Source: Cyanophora paradoxa CCMP329 (lineage: Eukaryota; Plantae; Glaucophyta). From it: 64,000 bases of DNA. Positions 36,877-50,699 of the stretch are shown in pieces. The first letter of the stretch is position 1. Every line of letters begins with the position of its first letter. The notes below the pieces were generated by a model. It saw nothing but the letters and a program-made list of their open reading frames with translations. It made no database searches and had not been told where the DNA came from. Location: contig QPMI01000544.1 in NCBI GenBank assembly GCA_004431415.1, forward strand, positions 62,001-126,000, in the 5' to 3' direction. A program made the translations under genes and the position numbers.

Positions 36877-38540
36877 ATGGGTCAAGTCATCAATCAGTAC
36901 GTGATCCGTATCGATCGTACGCGTGGTGATCGATATCATTATGAAGGTGCGCGCAGAGCTGCACGATTCGCTTTATTTTGGCAAGACGTACACTACTATC
37001 AACGCCCCGAAAACGTGCCTTGCGAGGTTGTTCAATGGTTTGTGGAATCAGTACTGCACCAGTGCTATATGCAGCTACTAGAACTGTATCACATGAAGTA
37101 ACTTAAGCTTACACCGCCCACCACGTGCACATGTAAACTCTGGTCTACAGGAGATACAACCAACGCCTGTGAGACTGCAAGCCCGTACGGGGGAACGCTT
37201 CCTTCTGGTGCCTATTACGGATCAGGAAAATATGTGTACGCATACGTAGTGCATGTCTTCAACCATCTCGAATTCTAAAAGCTGAATCGTTCCATATCCA
37301 GTTGGTGGGACGCCACAGGCACTCTCTCCGGCACAACCCTCAATTGCACGTGCTTCTTTCTCATGCCAGATTTCGATCTTCGCATTATTACATTCCTGAA
37401 CTATTTTCAATGCACTTCGCGAGCAGGGGTGAACAGCGCGTTGGCAAGCGGCTACTCCATGTATACGAATGATGTGAAACGTGCCTCCATCGATCTCAAT
37501 TCGGTCTACGGCGCAGGCTCGGATGGAAAGCTGGTACTCTCTACATGCATATCAAAGCGAGATCAATATAGTTGACCGTCACAAAATGCAGGTTTTGCTG
37601 CCAGAGCAGCGGGAGAGTCTTTCTTACATTAAAGACTTCCGTTTTTCGACGAAGTGCACCAATGCATCTGGGGACGGAAGTGCGTGCACGTGCTTGCAGG
37701 CAACTTTGCACTCTTAGCTCCTCTTAATGTTTTTCATCATTTTCTATCGCGAACTCGCAGCAAAGTACACCGCAACGTGCCAGGGAGCTGACGGGACATC
37801 GACGTCATCTCTCGACATTGCAAACACGTACATCTACAATGACAACGTGAGCACCTGCAGCTGCACTCGTAGCATTGCGAGCCACACAAGTTCGTAACCG
37901 TTTTACAGGGTCAGGCTGTGTACAGCAAGGACGCCAGCCCTTCGTGCGGGATTTACTATTGCATTTTCGATCGGCCACACACATTTTGTTACGGCGATAC
38001 ATATTGAGACAACACGCAGGCACCCGCGGAGCATCATTCTGTGCAACATTCAATGGGCTGCCGATAAGAAGTCCTTCTTGTACACTTGCCCCAAGGTTGC
38101 CGCTCTCGCTATGATCGCGATCAGTACAATATGCCGTTAAATTTGTACTCCGGATGAACAGGAGATGAAATTCGACGACAAATCGGTGACTTTGGACACG
38201 GACGGAAAACTGGTGAATGGAAACCGATCCTTGATACAGCATATTATTATATTGGAACCACGCGCATGCTGACTTCGCTTTCTAAGGTGCCTCTGGGGAA
38301 GCTGCTGAGCCGGCTTGAGGAAGACGTCCAGGTCGCTATCAACGTGCGCTCTTTAATTTCGCGATCGAGAGATTTCATAAGTCTCATGTTTTCATGTGTA
38401 TGCTTTTACAGGACGATAACGATTGGGACGGAGATAGCCTCGACTGCTCGGCTGAAGCTGATCGCGACTCGGACCTGAGCGAGGCCTTCGATGAATTTGA
38501 TTCCAGCAGTTACGCGGAGGCCTTCATCACGGTTGCATAA
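36877..38540 (+). CDS. Unknown multi-exon gene, copy 2
   Basis: Duplicate of 18289-19948. Confidence 0.35.
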
Positions 38541-40670
38541 TAAGCAAATGAGTGTATGCGCAATGACGATCGCGAGCTCATTTCATCTGTCACAAATTCG
38601 AAGCTCTGAATTCGAATCCTATTAAGGGCCACTGACTTGCCGCAGTGCCGCGCGCGTCAGTTGGGTCCGGGGAAGGGCATTTAACCTCGGCGAATCCAAT
38701 TGCAAGATCTAGATGCAGAGGGCAGCTGCAGGGACTTAAGCTTAAGCTTAAGAAGGCGCGCGCGCGGTGGCCGGGCGAGCCGCCGGGCCGGCTCCGGCCG
38801 AGGCTGGCCATGCCAGGCGAGCTCAGCGGCTGTCCTCGCGATCGAGGCGAGCTGGCCTAGCGAGCTAGCTATAGCTATGTATACGTAAGGCGCGGGCCTT
38901 GCATTGGGAAGGGGGAGGGAACCTTAAGCTTGCAAATTGTCTGGCCATATGCATGGACGTGCTCGAGCTCCTGCCAGGCTGCGCATGCCCCGCGGCCGTC
39001 GCGCGCGTGAGGCGTGGCGGGTGCACGATCATTGTACGAGTGCGCATGTGCTGCGGGTGCACGTGCGTCACGGCGTGGCTATATATATATATATAGCTAG
39101 GGGCTGGCCTAGCTATAGGCCTCCGCGCGATCTGGGCGCGGGCGCGGGGACGCTGCTCAAGCTCACGTTCCGCTCAGAAAGCGGCGCAGCGGGCCAGCTG
39201 CAGCTCATGATCAGCGGCGCCGGCTGCAGCAGGCATGCGCATCGCGCGCGCGCGGGGGCTCTGCGCATGCGTCGCGATCGCGCGGCGCGCGCGCGCGCCG
39301 CGCGGCCGCGGGCGTCGGCTTGTTGCAAGTGGCATAGCCGGCCAAGTGCGGTCGACGTCGGCTTGCGGCCGGCTTGTGCAATTGCGTCGGGGCGCGGTTG
39401 GCGCGGGTGAAGCGTGCGCGGCTGGCGCGGCTAGCCGCTGAGCCACAGCAAACTGCCGCGCGCGCGCGCGAGAGGCGTAACCATTGTTGAGCTGAGCCGA
39501 GCTGCGGCGCCCGGGGGAGAAAGCGTGGGGGGAGAAAGTGGCCGGGGGAGACCGTAAAAAGACTTTTGCAGGGTAAGTTAACGCACTCTCCAATGTGATT
39601 GGCTAGCGCGCGCGGCGTCCTCCCACGCGACCGCGTTCGCGCCCGGCCTCGCTCTTGCAGTACGGAATGTCGAACATGATGCGCGCAACGACCTCGAACT
39701 GGTCTGGCCCGTATATCTGCTCCCTGTGCGTCGCTGGACCCCTTTTTGTCCCGGGTGTTGGTGCCTGTTCCTGGATCACCCTTTGGTCGGACGGGACCGG
39801 GAGACATGGTTTCGGGGTCCCCTGGGGATGCGCTTTTAGGATGTACCGCGCGGCCCCGGTTTTGCGGAGGTCGGGGAAATGCAAATGGGATTTGGGGTAG
39901 GGTTGGGCCCAAGGGACAGGGACAGGGGAAGTGTTTTACCCTTCCCCAAAAACGTTTATGTTAATCCAGGCCTAGGTCCCTCATTTTAAATTTTGAGTTC
40001 GAATTCGATTTAATTTCCGGACTCGTGACTTCGATTTCGCACTTATATTACGTGAGATATCGATACTGTACATGTATACGTACAGGATCACGCAACTACG
40101 TATACGAGATATGCCGGCGCCATGTCGCAACGCAAATTTAAAGACTGACGGCGTAGCATATCGAGCGATGACGGCAGAATCAAAATCGCTACTATAGACA
40201 GGAACGAATCACGCACACTATACTATGATATATAGCCAGTGCTGATCATCGGATCATGATCAAAAGCAGGAATTCGAAGTGTACATTCAAATGAGTTCGA
40301 CGGTCGACGTCGAAAAGCGTACGCATACATGGATTGCTGTACATCGACAGCATACTATAAAGCCCCGAATTTGAAGCGAAACGAAACTCCCAAAGCCTTA
40401 TTGTGCTTATATTATCTAGCCATCAAGAACTAGCTAAACGGCCTCAGTGCCGGATTTCAAGGAGGCCTCGGCGCCCGATCGATCGCGAAGATCTAGATCG
40501 AGAGCCCCGCGATCCGTGCTTGCCTTGTGCTTCCAGTGCGCTTCCAGTACATCGACAGCACACTATAGAGCTCCGAATTTGAGGCTTATGGAAATGGCTT
40601 CATGATCAGTGCCGGAACCAGAACCAGCTAAACGGCTTCATGATCAGAAAAGATCCAGGGCCAGAACCAG

Positions 40671-43600
40671 CTAAACGGCATCATGATCAGTGCCGGCGCC
40701 GGATTTCAGGGAGGCCTCGCGATCGGCGCCTGATTGATCGCGAAGAGCCCCGCGATCCGCGCTTAAGCTTGCCTTGTGCTTCCAGTTCTCGTAGTTGCGC
40801 CGCGCCCCGGCGAAGACAACCTCCCGGACGCCCGGGAAGACGGAGGCGACCGCGCCCTGCAAGATATTAGATGTCAGATGTAAGAAGATAAAGCGCTATA
40901 GCTAGCTAGCTATATAGCGCGAGCTATATATAATCACCATCAAGGGAAGGACGATGAACTCCATGAAGCCGACCTGGCTCGCTGCGAAGTTCTGGTTGTG
41001 CCGGTCCACTGGCAAGGCAACGGGAACAGTAAGCGAAACCCGCCCCGCTCATGATAGATCTAGAGGCTGCGATCGTGAGCACGAGCTCGAGCGGGCGCAC
41101 TGAAGGGGCTGATGGGGATGCCGAGCTCGCGCTCCCGGTCCCCCTGCGCTCCGGTGTTTCGGGAGCGCTAGCGAGGCGACGGCGGCCGCTCATGATCAGA
41201 TGATCAGATTCGCTTATGATCACCTGACACATGAACTCGACGGAGATGCGCTCGGACCACACGGTGTGCAGGGCGAGGGTCTTGGCGGCGTGGCCGATGT
41301 CGCAGGTCTGCCCCGCCCCGCCCTTCGGTCAGCGGCCGAGCACAGGTACAGGTGGACGTACGAATTCGAAGGGGGTGGGGTGGGGGTGGGGGGGATTCAC
41401 GGGGGGAGGGCGAGGGGGGGAGGAGGAGTTGGGGGGTTCGGGGAGGAAGAAGAGCGCTTATATGGGGCCGGGCCACGGCCACCCACCTTCATCGTCGCTG
41501 CCAGGAGCACGCGCTTGTCGTCGCTCTGCGAGGACGCGCGCGCGCGTGAGCGAGGCGGACGGGCGCGCGGGGCCGCTACAGCTAGCGCTGGCTGCTAGAT
41601 CGATGGATGGAGAGGGGGCGCGGGTCGCGATGGCGCGCCTGGAGGGGTCCCATCAGGAGCGGCTGCACCACGACGACGGAGGAGGCGCGGGGCCGCTGGG
41701 GCCGGAGCGCGCCGCCCGGTGCCAGTGGCCGCTGGAACACCGCCATTGAGGCGGGGGCCGAGCGGAGCGCGGCCGCCGCCCCGGCCCCGGGCGCGCCGCG
41801 GTCCTCCAGCGGCTCCGTCGCCGGCCCAAGCGCGCCGGCCGCCACGCACTTGCGGAAATCTGCGCGCCAAGCTCGAAATTCGAGCTGGAATATGGAGCGC
41901 GTGCGGCGACGCACTGCCCAGGACCTCGAAATCTGCAAATCCGGTGATCAGGCCGAGCGAAGGAACCAAAGTAATTTTTTTATAAGCTCAAGGGCGCACG
42001 CTGCGCCATGTCGGTCGCCAGCACCATGTCGACCACGGTCCGCCTGAGCTCGCGCAGCGCGGCCTTGGGCATGCCCTGATCACGAGGCCCGGCTGGCCGC
42101 TCAAGCCGAGCGGGGGCCGGCGGGGCGGGGCGGGGCGGGGGGCTGGGCGGGCGAGCCTGGAGGAAGTTGTGGCGGGACTCGCGCAGGGCGATCCAGGCGG
42201 CGCTCGCGTGGTGGCTCTCCAGCGGGCTGCGAACGAAGCGAAGCGCGGGGCTCGGGGCTCGGGGCCGGCCGGGCCGGGCCGGGACGCGCCCTCCGAATTC
42301 GCGGGGGCGGGGGCCGGGCGGGGCGGACCTCCTGTCGTTGTAGCGCAGGGCGAGCGGGGCGGAAGTGGAGACGAGGAAGCTGTGGAGGCGCGGCGCGACC
42401 GTGAGGCAAGGCGGCCGGGCGAAAGGCGAGGGGGGGTGGGAGAAGGGGGGGGTGGGGGGAGGGGGGGAGGAGGCCGCGCGCACTTGTTGTTCACGCCAGG
42501 CTGCGTGACGCACGAAAAACAGAGAAACCGGCCGCCAGTCAGCAGTAAGAAAGGAAAGGGTACCGCGTACGATGGCTGCTGGCCATGGGCTAGCGGGGCC
42601 GCCACTCACGTGTTCGTAATCTGAGCACAAACCGGGAAAGTAATCAGGCCTAGCCTCGAGCGCGCGATCGGGGGGCGTCGACGCGTCCGACGGTCGGAGC
42701 GCGCACCGTGAATGATGCAAGCGAGGATAGCGGCCAGCTTGTCCTCTGTTCAGCCGACATAAACACATTCATCAGAATATTAATGCAGAAACGGAAGCCC
42801 GATCAAGTCGGAGGGAAGGAAATAGGGGAGGACCGTCTGAGAGCCGGGCGCCGACGCCGCCGCGGGTGAGGACGCACACCATCGATTGAACCACGTCCGC
42901 CGCGTGGGCGCGGCTGCCGGCGGGGCGCCTTCAGCGCGGACCCCTACATATAGCTACGTATACATCGTTGCTTATCGATCGGAGCTCTAGATCTAGCGCT
43001 CTTGCGCTCTTGTTGGATTCCGATGGCTCGCGATCGCGGGGACTCCGGGGATCCAGAGCCCGCCTGCACTCGGAGCTAGCTATAGGAGCGCATGCGCACT
43101 TGTGGTACGGGAGGTCAAGGTAGCGGGACTCGCAGTGCGAGACGAAACTGCCCCGCCCCGCCCCGCCCCGGAGCGAGTTGAGCGCGGGGCGGAGTAGCGG
43201 CGGCGGCAGCCGGGCCGGGGTTGCATTCATATTTGGGCACGCACGCGGCGAAGCGATCGAGGTGGAACGAGGGTCCCAGGCTGCAGGCGAGCCCCAAGGC
43301 CTCCACAGCCGCCAGGCTGCGTACGCGTGCGAGCCAGAAGAAGATCAGAAGCGAGGCTCCAGGGGGCCGGGAGGGGGGTGCGGGGGACGGGGTATAGGGG
43401 GCGCGCCTCGTGAGGAGGAGGGGCCGACCCGTCGAGCGGTCGAGCTGGAAGGGGTCGTAGCCCTCCCACGAGTCGATGTCGGGCATCAGGCGCCACGCCG
43501 CCGACTCCACCTTCGCGTGCGGCGTACAGCGTTTAAAGATGCACGTGCGATATCGATGTCGATATCGACGGCGCACCGACTTTCGGCGGAACTCATTTAC

Positions 43601-46600
43601 GACCATTTGCACCTGAGCGTCGCCGGGGGCGGCCGCGGGGGCGCCGCCGCCATCCTCGCGGCCGGCCGCGGCCGCGGGCTGCACCGGCAGGCTCGAGCTC
43701 GGGGCAGGGTCCTGCGCAATTACTACTAAGTTACAACGCCTCAACCAAACGCGTGCTGGGTGCATAGGGCGCCCCCAGATCTAGAGCGCTCACCGCGTAG
43801 GCTGGCAGCCTCGGCTCCTTCCTGGAGAGCGGGCGGGTGCCGGCGGCCTCCTGGCTCCTCGCGAGGTTGGCCCTGCGCTCGGCGGCCGCGCGAGGGCCCG
43901 TGAGTCGTTCGGCGGCCGAGGAAGCTTTCAGCAGGTCTCGAAGCGGGACTCAAAGAAACGGCGTACTCCATCGAAGGGACGCGACCGTCCGACTGGCCCG
44001 TCGCGAGCTGCGCGGGCACGGGCCCGGGCGGGGGCCCGCGTTCAGCTCGGGGAGGGGGGGAAGGGGGGGGGGGAAGGGGGGTATCGGATGTGATTCGGCG
44101 GGACATTAATATTATAATTAGCTATGGGCATCCCAAGATCACGATTTGACAGGGAGGGGCGTGACGGCTTCGTGCCCTAGCGAGGGAGGGAGGGGGGGTA
44201 CGGTGCGCTCGCCTCGGAGAACAGCCACCGGCGGGTGTCGCGGTCGAGGCGGAGCGTACCCTCCTGCACCTGCCTCCCCAGGTCCGGCACCATTCTGCGG
44301 GGGGTACGACCGTGCATGAGCCCACGAGGCGAGCTGACTGCAAGCGCGCAGACACGGATCGCCAAAGGCATAGCCCTAGGTCTAGCCCTAGGTCTAGCCC
44401 TAGGCCTAGCCCTAGGCCTCGGCCTGGCCATGGGTCTAGGGGGGCGCGGCTGGCATGGAGCGCACAGGGAGCCGCTGCCAAGCAGGAGCGTGACGGCGCC
44501 GTCGAGGGCCTGCAGCGCCCACTGGCCCAGGTACCGCACGCCTGCGCACTAAGCTTAAGTCTGCTCTGACCGCGGTCGCGATTGGGGGCGGCGCACGCGA
44601 GTCGGAGCGAAGGGCGTCAAGGACAGCCAGAGCCTTGCCCAGGGGGCTCTCTAGGTCCGCCCCGTCCCCCATGATCTCCCCTGCACGGCCTCTCAGCTTG
44701 AATAGCGATGAGCGGAACTTTGGAAGGGGGCCGAGCGGGGCGGGGCGGGGCGGGGCGGGGCGGGGCGGACGCTGGAGGGTCAGGAGCTGCTCGCGCAGTG
44801 CGAGGTTGTTCTCGCGAAGGCCCTCCCGCTGCGCCGGCCCGGCCGCGTCGGCGTCGGCCGCGGCCCGAGCCGCGACCTAGGGCCTGGGCCTGCGCGGCTG
44901 CCCCGCGGCTGCCCCGCGGCGCAACCTGGACCTAGTCCTAGGCCTGCGCGGCTGCCTAGACCTAGTCCTCGGCCTGCCCCGCACGCGGCTGCCCCGCGGC
45001 TGCCCCGCGGACCTCCTCGTGGACGATCTCGACCTGCGAGCGCAGCGTCTGGTGCTGCGCGAAGTCGTCCCGCCGCTTCTCGTCGTCCTCCTTCCCAGGC
45101 GTCGGTTGGGGCCGGGAGAGGGGGGGGGGGGGGGGGGGGGGACCCGGGCCCCAGGATGCAGGAGGGCAGGAGGAAGCCGGTGAGGATGGCCTGGAGCGAG
45201 GGTGGGGGGGGGGGGGGGGGAGGAATCGATTCGCATTAGGAAGGCCCTCGCCGGAGGACGCGAGCACTGGCTACGGGCTCCGAACTCGAATGAAAAGGGC
45301 GGACGCGGACGCACCTGCCCGAAGAAGTCGAGGAAAGAGTCGGCGACGCCCCCCACGGGGTACGCGATCCAGAGGAGCGCGTGGCTGACGGCCACGACGA
45401 GCAGGTACCCCCGGGGCGGCAGGCGCGCGATCACGCGGCACACCGCCTCTGCGCGAGCGCGCGCGGCCGGGTGGGAAATCGATATCGCGCTCGCGCTAGC
45501 GGGCGATCGATCGATATCGCGGCCGCGATCGTGGGTCCGGATCGAGCCGCACCGACGGCAAACATGCAGGGGTAGTAGATAACCGGGCCCTGGCGGGGTG
45601 GCAGTGGATTGGCGATCGCGACGGCGGCGGCGACGGCGACGGCGGCGGCGTGGGAATTCGGGCCCCGTACCTTCGCGATATCGATTGTGTTGGCCATGGT
45701 CACGGCGAGCATGAGGCAGAACAGAAGGGTCACGAGGGCCTGCGGGGCGGGGCGGGGTGGGGCGGGGCGGCGGCGGGCCCGGGGCTGTCAGCGGGCGGCC
45801 CCGATCGCGGGGCTTATAATTAGCTTCGAATTTGTCCGCAGCTCGCCTCCATGTGGCGGGCGTAGAGGCGCGGGCGCCGGAACTGGAGGTAGAGGCAGAG
45901 GCCGCACAAGGACGCGCAGGCGAGGTGCGCGAAGCGCTGCGCGGGGCGGGAGCGCTCGCTCGGGTACGGGAGGGGGGGGGGGGGGGGGGTAGGGGCGCAC
46001 GACTGCGACGACGCCGGGACTGGAACCGGAGAGGCTCGAGGCGGGGCCGAGGGGCGACCCCGCGCGGTGCTCTACCCGGTTGGCGGCGGAGACCGCAAGC
46101 CACACGACCACAGCGCAGAGGTACGCGAGGTACGCTGGCGCGATCGGCGCGGGTCAGTTGCAAGCAGCGGGCCGCGGGCCGGGGCCGGGGCCGGGGCCGG
46201 GGCCGGGGCCGGGGCGGCGGCACCGAAGGGCATGAGGAGGCGCTGGCGGGGGAGGGAGCGGGCAAGGAGGTACTCGGCGAAGAAGTGTTCGGTCATGTCG
46301 CTGACGAAGCGGCGGAGGACGACGCAGTAGGGGCGCGTTCTGAGGTCCAGCGGCAGCCCGCAGGTGAACATCGTGTCCCTCCGCCCGTTCCCGGCGCCGA
46401 CCCCGCCCTCGCCCTCGGCGCCGGACTCGGAAGAGGCGCGGTCCAACCCGGCCGCGGGGCCAACGGCGACGCTGTTCAAAGGGGCGGCCGGGAGGCCCAG
46501 GTCGAGGGGTTCCGGGAAGACACGGCCGGTGGCGGGGTTTGAGCCCGCGAAGGGCGAGATGCCGGCGACGGAGGGCGAGACGGGGCCATACGGGGAGAGA

Positions 46601-46809
46601 TCAACCGGCCGCTGAACGTGCACAACGCTGACAACGCTGGGGCGGCCGCGGACGTCAAGGTCCTCGGCCGGCCGCGGCCAGGGAATTCGAACTGGATCCG
46701 GAGGCGCGGGGGAGGGCTCGGGTGCGGGAGCGGGGGAGCCCACGCCGAGGCTGGCGCCGGCTGCAGCTGCAGGCTGCAGCCGGCCATGGGCTTGAGCTCC
46801 GTTGACCAT
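40671..46809 (-). CDS. Class I 3',5'-cyclic nucleotide phosphodiesterase with N-terminal transmembrane segments (many introns)
   Basis: Spliced PDEase-I signatures YH..HAADVVQS, HDYEHPGVNN, LESHH, LATDM, DIGH and QVGF. Upstream LESPLGKALAVL helix and hydrophobic exons (LVTLLFCLMLAVTM, YLLVVAVSHALLWI). Confidence 0.88.
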
Positions 46810-47683
46810 GGGCTATATCTATATCATAGTGTGTAGCTATAGGGAAGCGGGCGTGCGCGTGCTCAAGCGCCGCGCCCGCGGCCGCGGCCGCTCAGCTGGG
46901 ACCGGAAGTTGATGCACACTTCGACACTGCGGCGGCTGTGGGGAGTTGGCCATGAGCGAATCGACTGGGCGAAGGTGCACGCGCGGGCGTTCCCAAATTT
47001 GCCCGCCGCGCGCGCACGGTGCCACGGGCTGAGCTCGTTAACGTTGTCGCTAGTAGCTATACTAGTACAGAGGCTAACGCCGAAGCATTAAGGGGCGCCG
47101 CGGCGGGCCGGGCCGCGCATGCGCGGCCAGGCGGTAAAAGAACTATATATTCGGTCCGGCGAACCTGGAGGCTGGAGGCTGTCGGAGAACCTGGAGGCGC
47201 CGGCGCCGCGCGCCTGGCCAAGAAGTACGTTGTCAGAAGCTTGTACCGGAGCTACGCATATACCGATCAGCCGGTGCCACCGGGTGACAGCCGCTGCGGC
47301 GCGCTGGTCCGACGGTCACAGGCTCACACCTCACAGCCGGCGCCTGGGGCCGGCATGCGCAGCAGCGGTGCCGGTGTAAAGACAGTATAGTACTGTATAC
47401 GTATACAGCGCCGGCAGCAGTCCGGACTCCGGAACACTGTAACCGCCGCGCGTGCCGCGCCCCACTGGGGTACATCCACATCAGTCGCTTCACCGCACGT
47501 GCACGCGGTGAATTCGAACTTCAAATTTAATTTCGAAATTCGAATCGGTCAATTAATGGCCGGGGTACCGCCAAACCATCAGGGCGGCTGTACCCGGCCG
47601 GCCCGAGCGCCGGCTGCCATAGCTCTGATCTGCGGACGGTCGAATATAGCGCTTGCGGTACAGCACTCGTCTCGGCCGACGCG

Positions 47684-49640
47684 ATGCCGACGTCGGGCAG
47701 CGCGGCATGCTCTGCCGCAGCTGGCGTCGCGCCGGTCGGCCTAGGGGAGCTCCCCGACGAGCTCCTGGAGCGCGTGCTCGAGCTCCTCGGCGCGCCCGGC
47801 GCCTTCCTCCTGCGCCCCGTCAGCCGCCGCTTCCGGCGCGCCGCGGAGCGCGCCGCGTGGCCGTCCCTCGCGGTCAACGCCGCGCGCCGCGGCGAGTCGC
47901 TGGACCGATCCGAGGGGCGCATGGCCAGCGCGACGGCGCTCCTTCGTGCGGGCAGGCTCCGCCTCACGCCGGGCGCGTCGGCGAAGCTGCGGGCGGGCGG
48001 GGCGCTGCCCGCGGCGGCGCCCGGCGAGGCGGAGCGCGCCGCGGTCATCGATGCGACGCTGGGCTGCTGGGCGCGTGCGCGGAGGCGCCCGGCGGGCTGG
48101 CGGACGCGCACGTCGAGCTCGTGGGCGGCTGGCACCGCGCCGCTGACCTGCGGCAGTTCGTCCGCGGGCCCTGGCGGCGCTGCGCCCGGCCGCGGCCGCC
48201 GGCGACGGCGCCGGCGCCGACCGCCTTGTGTCGCTGGCGCTGTGGGCCACACCGGGTGATGCGAGCTGGGACGTGCGCGCCGCCCCGATCGCCCTTACGC
48301 TTCGCGCCCCGCCCCGCCCCACGCTGGCTGATCGAAGCCCGTGCCCGCGACCCGCAGCCCGCCGGCCCCGAGGCCGCTGAGCTAGGCGCCCTGCTCTCGC
48401 CCTTCACGGGCCTGCGGCGGCTGTCCCTGCCGCGGGACTGCCCGCTGGGCCCCGCCGCCGCGGCCGCCCTCGCCGCCGCCCTCCCGTCCCTCGCCTCCCT
48501 CCGCTGCAGCTTCGCATCCGACTCCGCCGTCGGCGCCCTCGCCCCCCTCGCCGCCCTCGAGGAGCTCCTCGTCCAGGTCGCCCCGTACCCCCCTCGAACT
48601 CCTCTCCCCTCCCCGACTCATTCCCCCCCCCTTTCCCCCGCAGGACCTGCACCTGGAGATCGGGGGGGCGTACGGGGCCGGACTGGCGGCCCTCGCGGAG
48701 GGGCCCGCGGGCGCCTCCCTCCGCACCTTCCGAACCTACACGTGCGCCGAAAGCGTACCCCCCTGCTCGAGACGCTGTACCCCTCAAGATCCCCCCCCCC
48801 GCGCCGGCAGGCCGGACCCCCGCCACGACGACTGCGGCGACGGAGACATGCGCGCCCGTACCCCTCTTCTTGTTTCTCCGTACCCCCCGCAGACCCTCTC
48901 CCCCGCAGGACGGACGACCTTCACGACCCGCCCTTCACGAGCGCCGGCCTCGCCGGCCTCTCCCGCCTGCCCCGCCTCCAGAACCTCCACGGCTGGCTCG
49001 ACGTCCGCGTACCCCCCCTCCGGCTCCTTCCCCCACCCCTCGAAACGCTGTACCCCGGCAGCTGCGGGACGCGGCGCCGGAGGCGATCGCCGCGCTGGGC
49101 GGGGGCCTGCCCTCCCTCCGGTCCCTCTCCGTCCGCGCCCGCGGCCCCGACCAGGTGCCCGCTGGATCCGAATCCTTGAAACGGGACTCGTCCGGATTCG
49201 AACCCGGGACCGATCTCGCAGGTCCGCGCGCTGGCCGCTGCGCTCCACGCGTGCTCGTGGCCCCTCGAGCGCCTCGCCCTCAGCATCCGTGCGCCCTGTA
49301 CCCCTCTTATGAAAAGAACCGAGCGAGGTTGACTGTACCCCCAGCGCTGCCGAAGGCGGTGAGCGCGGCGGACCACGCGGCGCACGCCATCGACGACGGT
49401 ACCCTCCTGGAGCTCGTCCGGGAGGCCCGGCGCTCCCCTTCGTTCTCCCTCTCCCTCGCCTCCTGCCGGCCCCTCGGCGCCGCCCTGGCTGGCGCGCTGG
49501 CCGAGCCGGCGACGAGGGGGCGGCTGGCGTCGCTGCGGGTGCAGGCGCCGCGGGCGGAGGGGCGGGCGGCGCGGGCCGCGGAGGCGGCGGCGCTGGCGGT
49601 CCTCTCCGCCCTCCCCTCCGCAGAGGTCACGCTGCTGTAA
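47684..49640 (+). CDS. F-box / leucine-rich-repeat protein (multi-exon)
   Basis: N-terminal LGELPDELLERVLELL..LRPVSRRFRRAA F-box and LRR-like LRRLSL, LPSLASLRC, LPRLQNL, LPSLRSLSV. Stop at 49640. Confidence 0.8.
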
Positions 49641-50699
49641 GTCCCTGCAGCCGGAGCCTTTCAGGGCTTGGACAGCCTTGAAGCTTGATGCGCGAGCGCG
49701 AGCTCGCCAGTGCGAAACTTCGACTTCGAATTCGGATGCATATGGATCGGAGCCTGGGGCCTCGAGAGCGCGCAACTTGAATCATTGACTTTGTGCTCGA
49801 CAGCGCGGATATTTAGAAACTTAAGCTTGGGTTTCGAGCCCAGGGGCATCGAGAGCACGCACTGCCAGGCTGCGGTAACTTGAATCATTGAATTTGCCAA
49901 GTTGGAGATCTGGATCCCGGAGTTCTTTAGGCGGGCACCGCGCATGGCCAGGATTTGGAGGTACTACGGTACATGCATATCCGCCTCACATCCGCCGAGC
50001 GCGCGCGCGGGGCCTCGCTGCTCATCATCAGTGGCCTGAATATCATAGTATCATGGCATGATCATGACAGCTAGCGCTGCGCATGCGGCCCGGCAGCCCT
50101 GCAACTGACAGCTGCAGCCTGCAGAACGTGTCGATGTCGTGCATGCGCGTACGGGCTTTAGGTGTGTCGAATTCAAATTCAAAAAATCTAATGCTGTGCA
50201 CTTGCGCGTGCAAAAAGCACGCCCCAATTTCAGCGGTACTGCAAGAAAGAATTCAAAAGGACTGCAGGCTGCGAGCTGTCTCTGTGAAAGAGCTGAAAAG
50301 GTTCGAATTCTGCAGCTGTACATGCGCGAGACGCGCTCACGCCTGCGATACTACGATGCAGGCGGGGGGCCCGCGCACGGGGGCTCCGGCCGGAGCTCTT
50401 GCCGGCCGCGGATTGCGGGACCCGAAGCTAATTTTAGTTGCTAGAAGATGAAATGAAATAATCTGAATGAAACTGACGTGGGGACTTCTAGATGCTAGAA
50501 CTTAGAGAAGGTCTGAAGGACAACGGGTGAAAGAGAATTCGCCGAGAGAGCTTCCGATCGAGAGAAGAGAAAGGGAGCCCAGGAACTTGTGGGGCGGGGG
50601 TACAAGGAGGAGGACCTCCTAGGAGCCGCTCAGAAGAGCCAGCGCTCGGGCTTGAAGGAGCTGCGGGGGAGGGATTCAGAGGGGGGGAGGGTACGGCAC

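Larger units (their letters stand above)
24454..43075 (+). repeat. Segmental tandem duplication, unit 2 (about 18.6 kb)
   Basis: The junction CTGCACTCGG|AG|ATCTAGATCTAGATATAG joins the unit end (cf. 43064-43075) to the unit start (cf. 6114). Confidence 0.97.
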
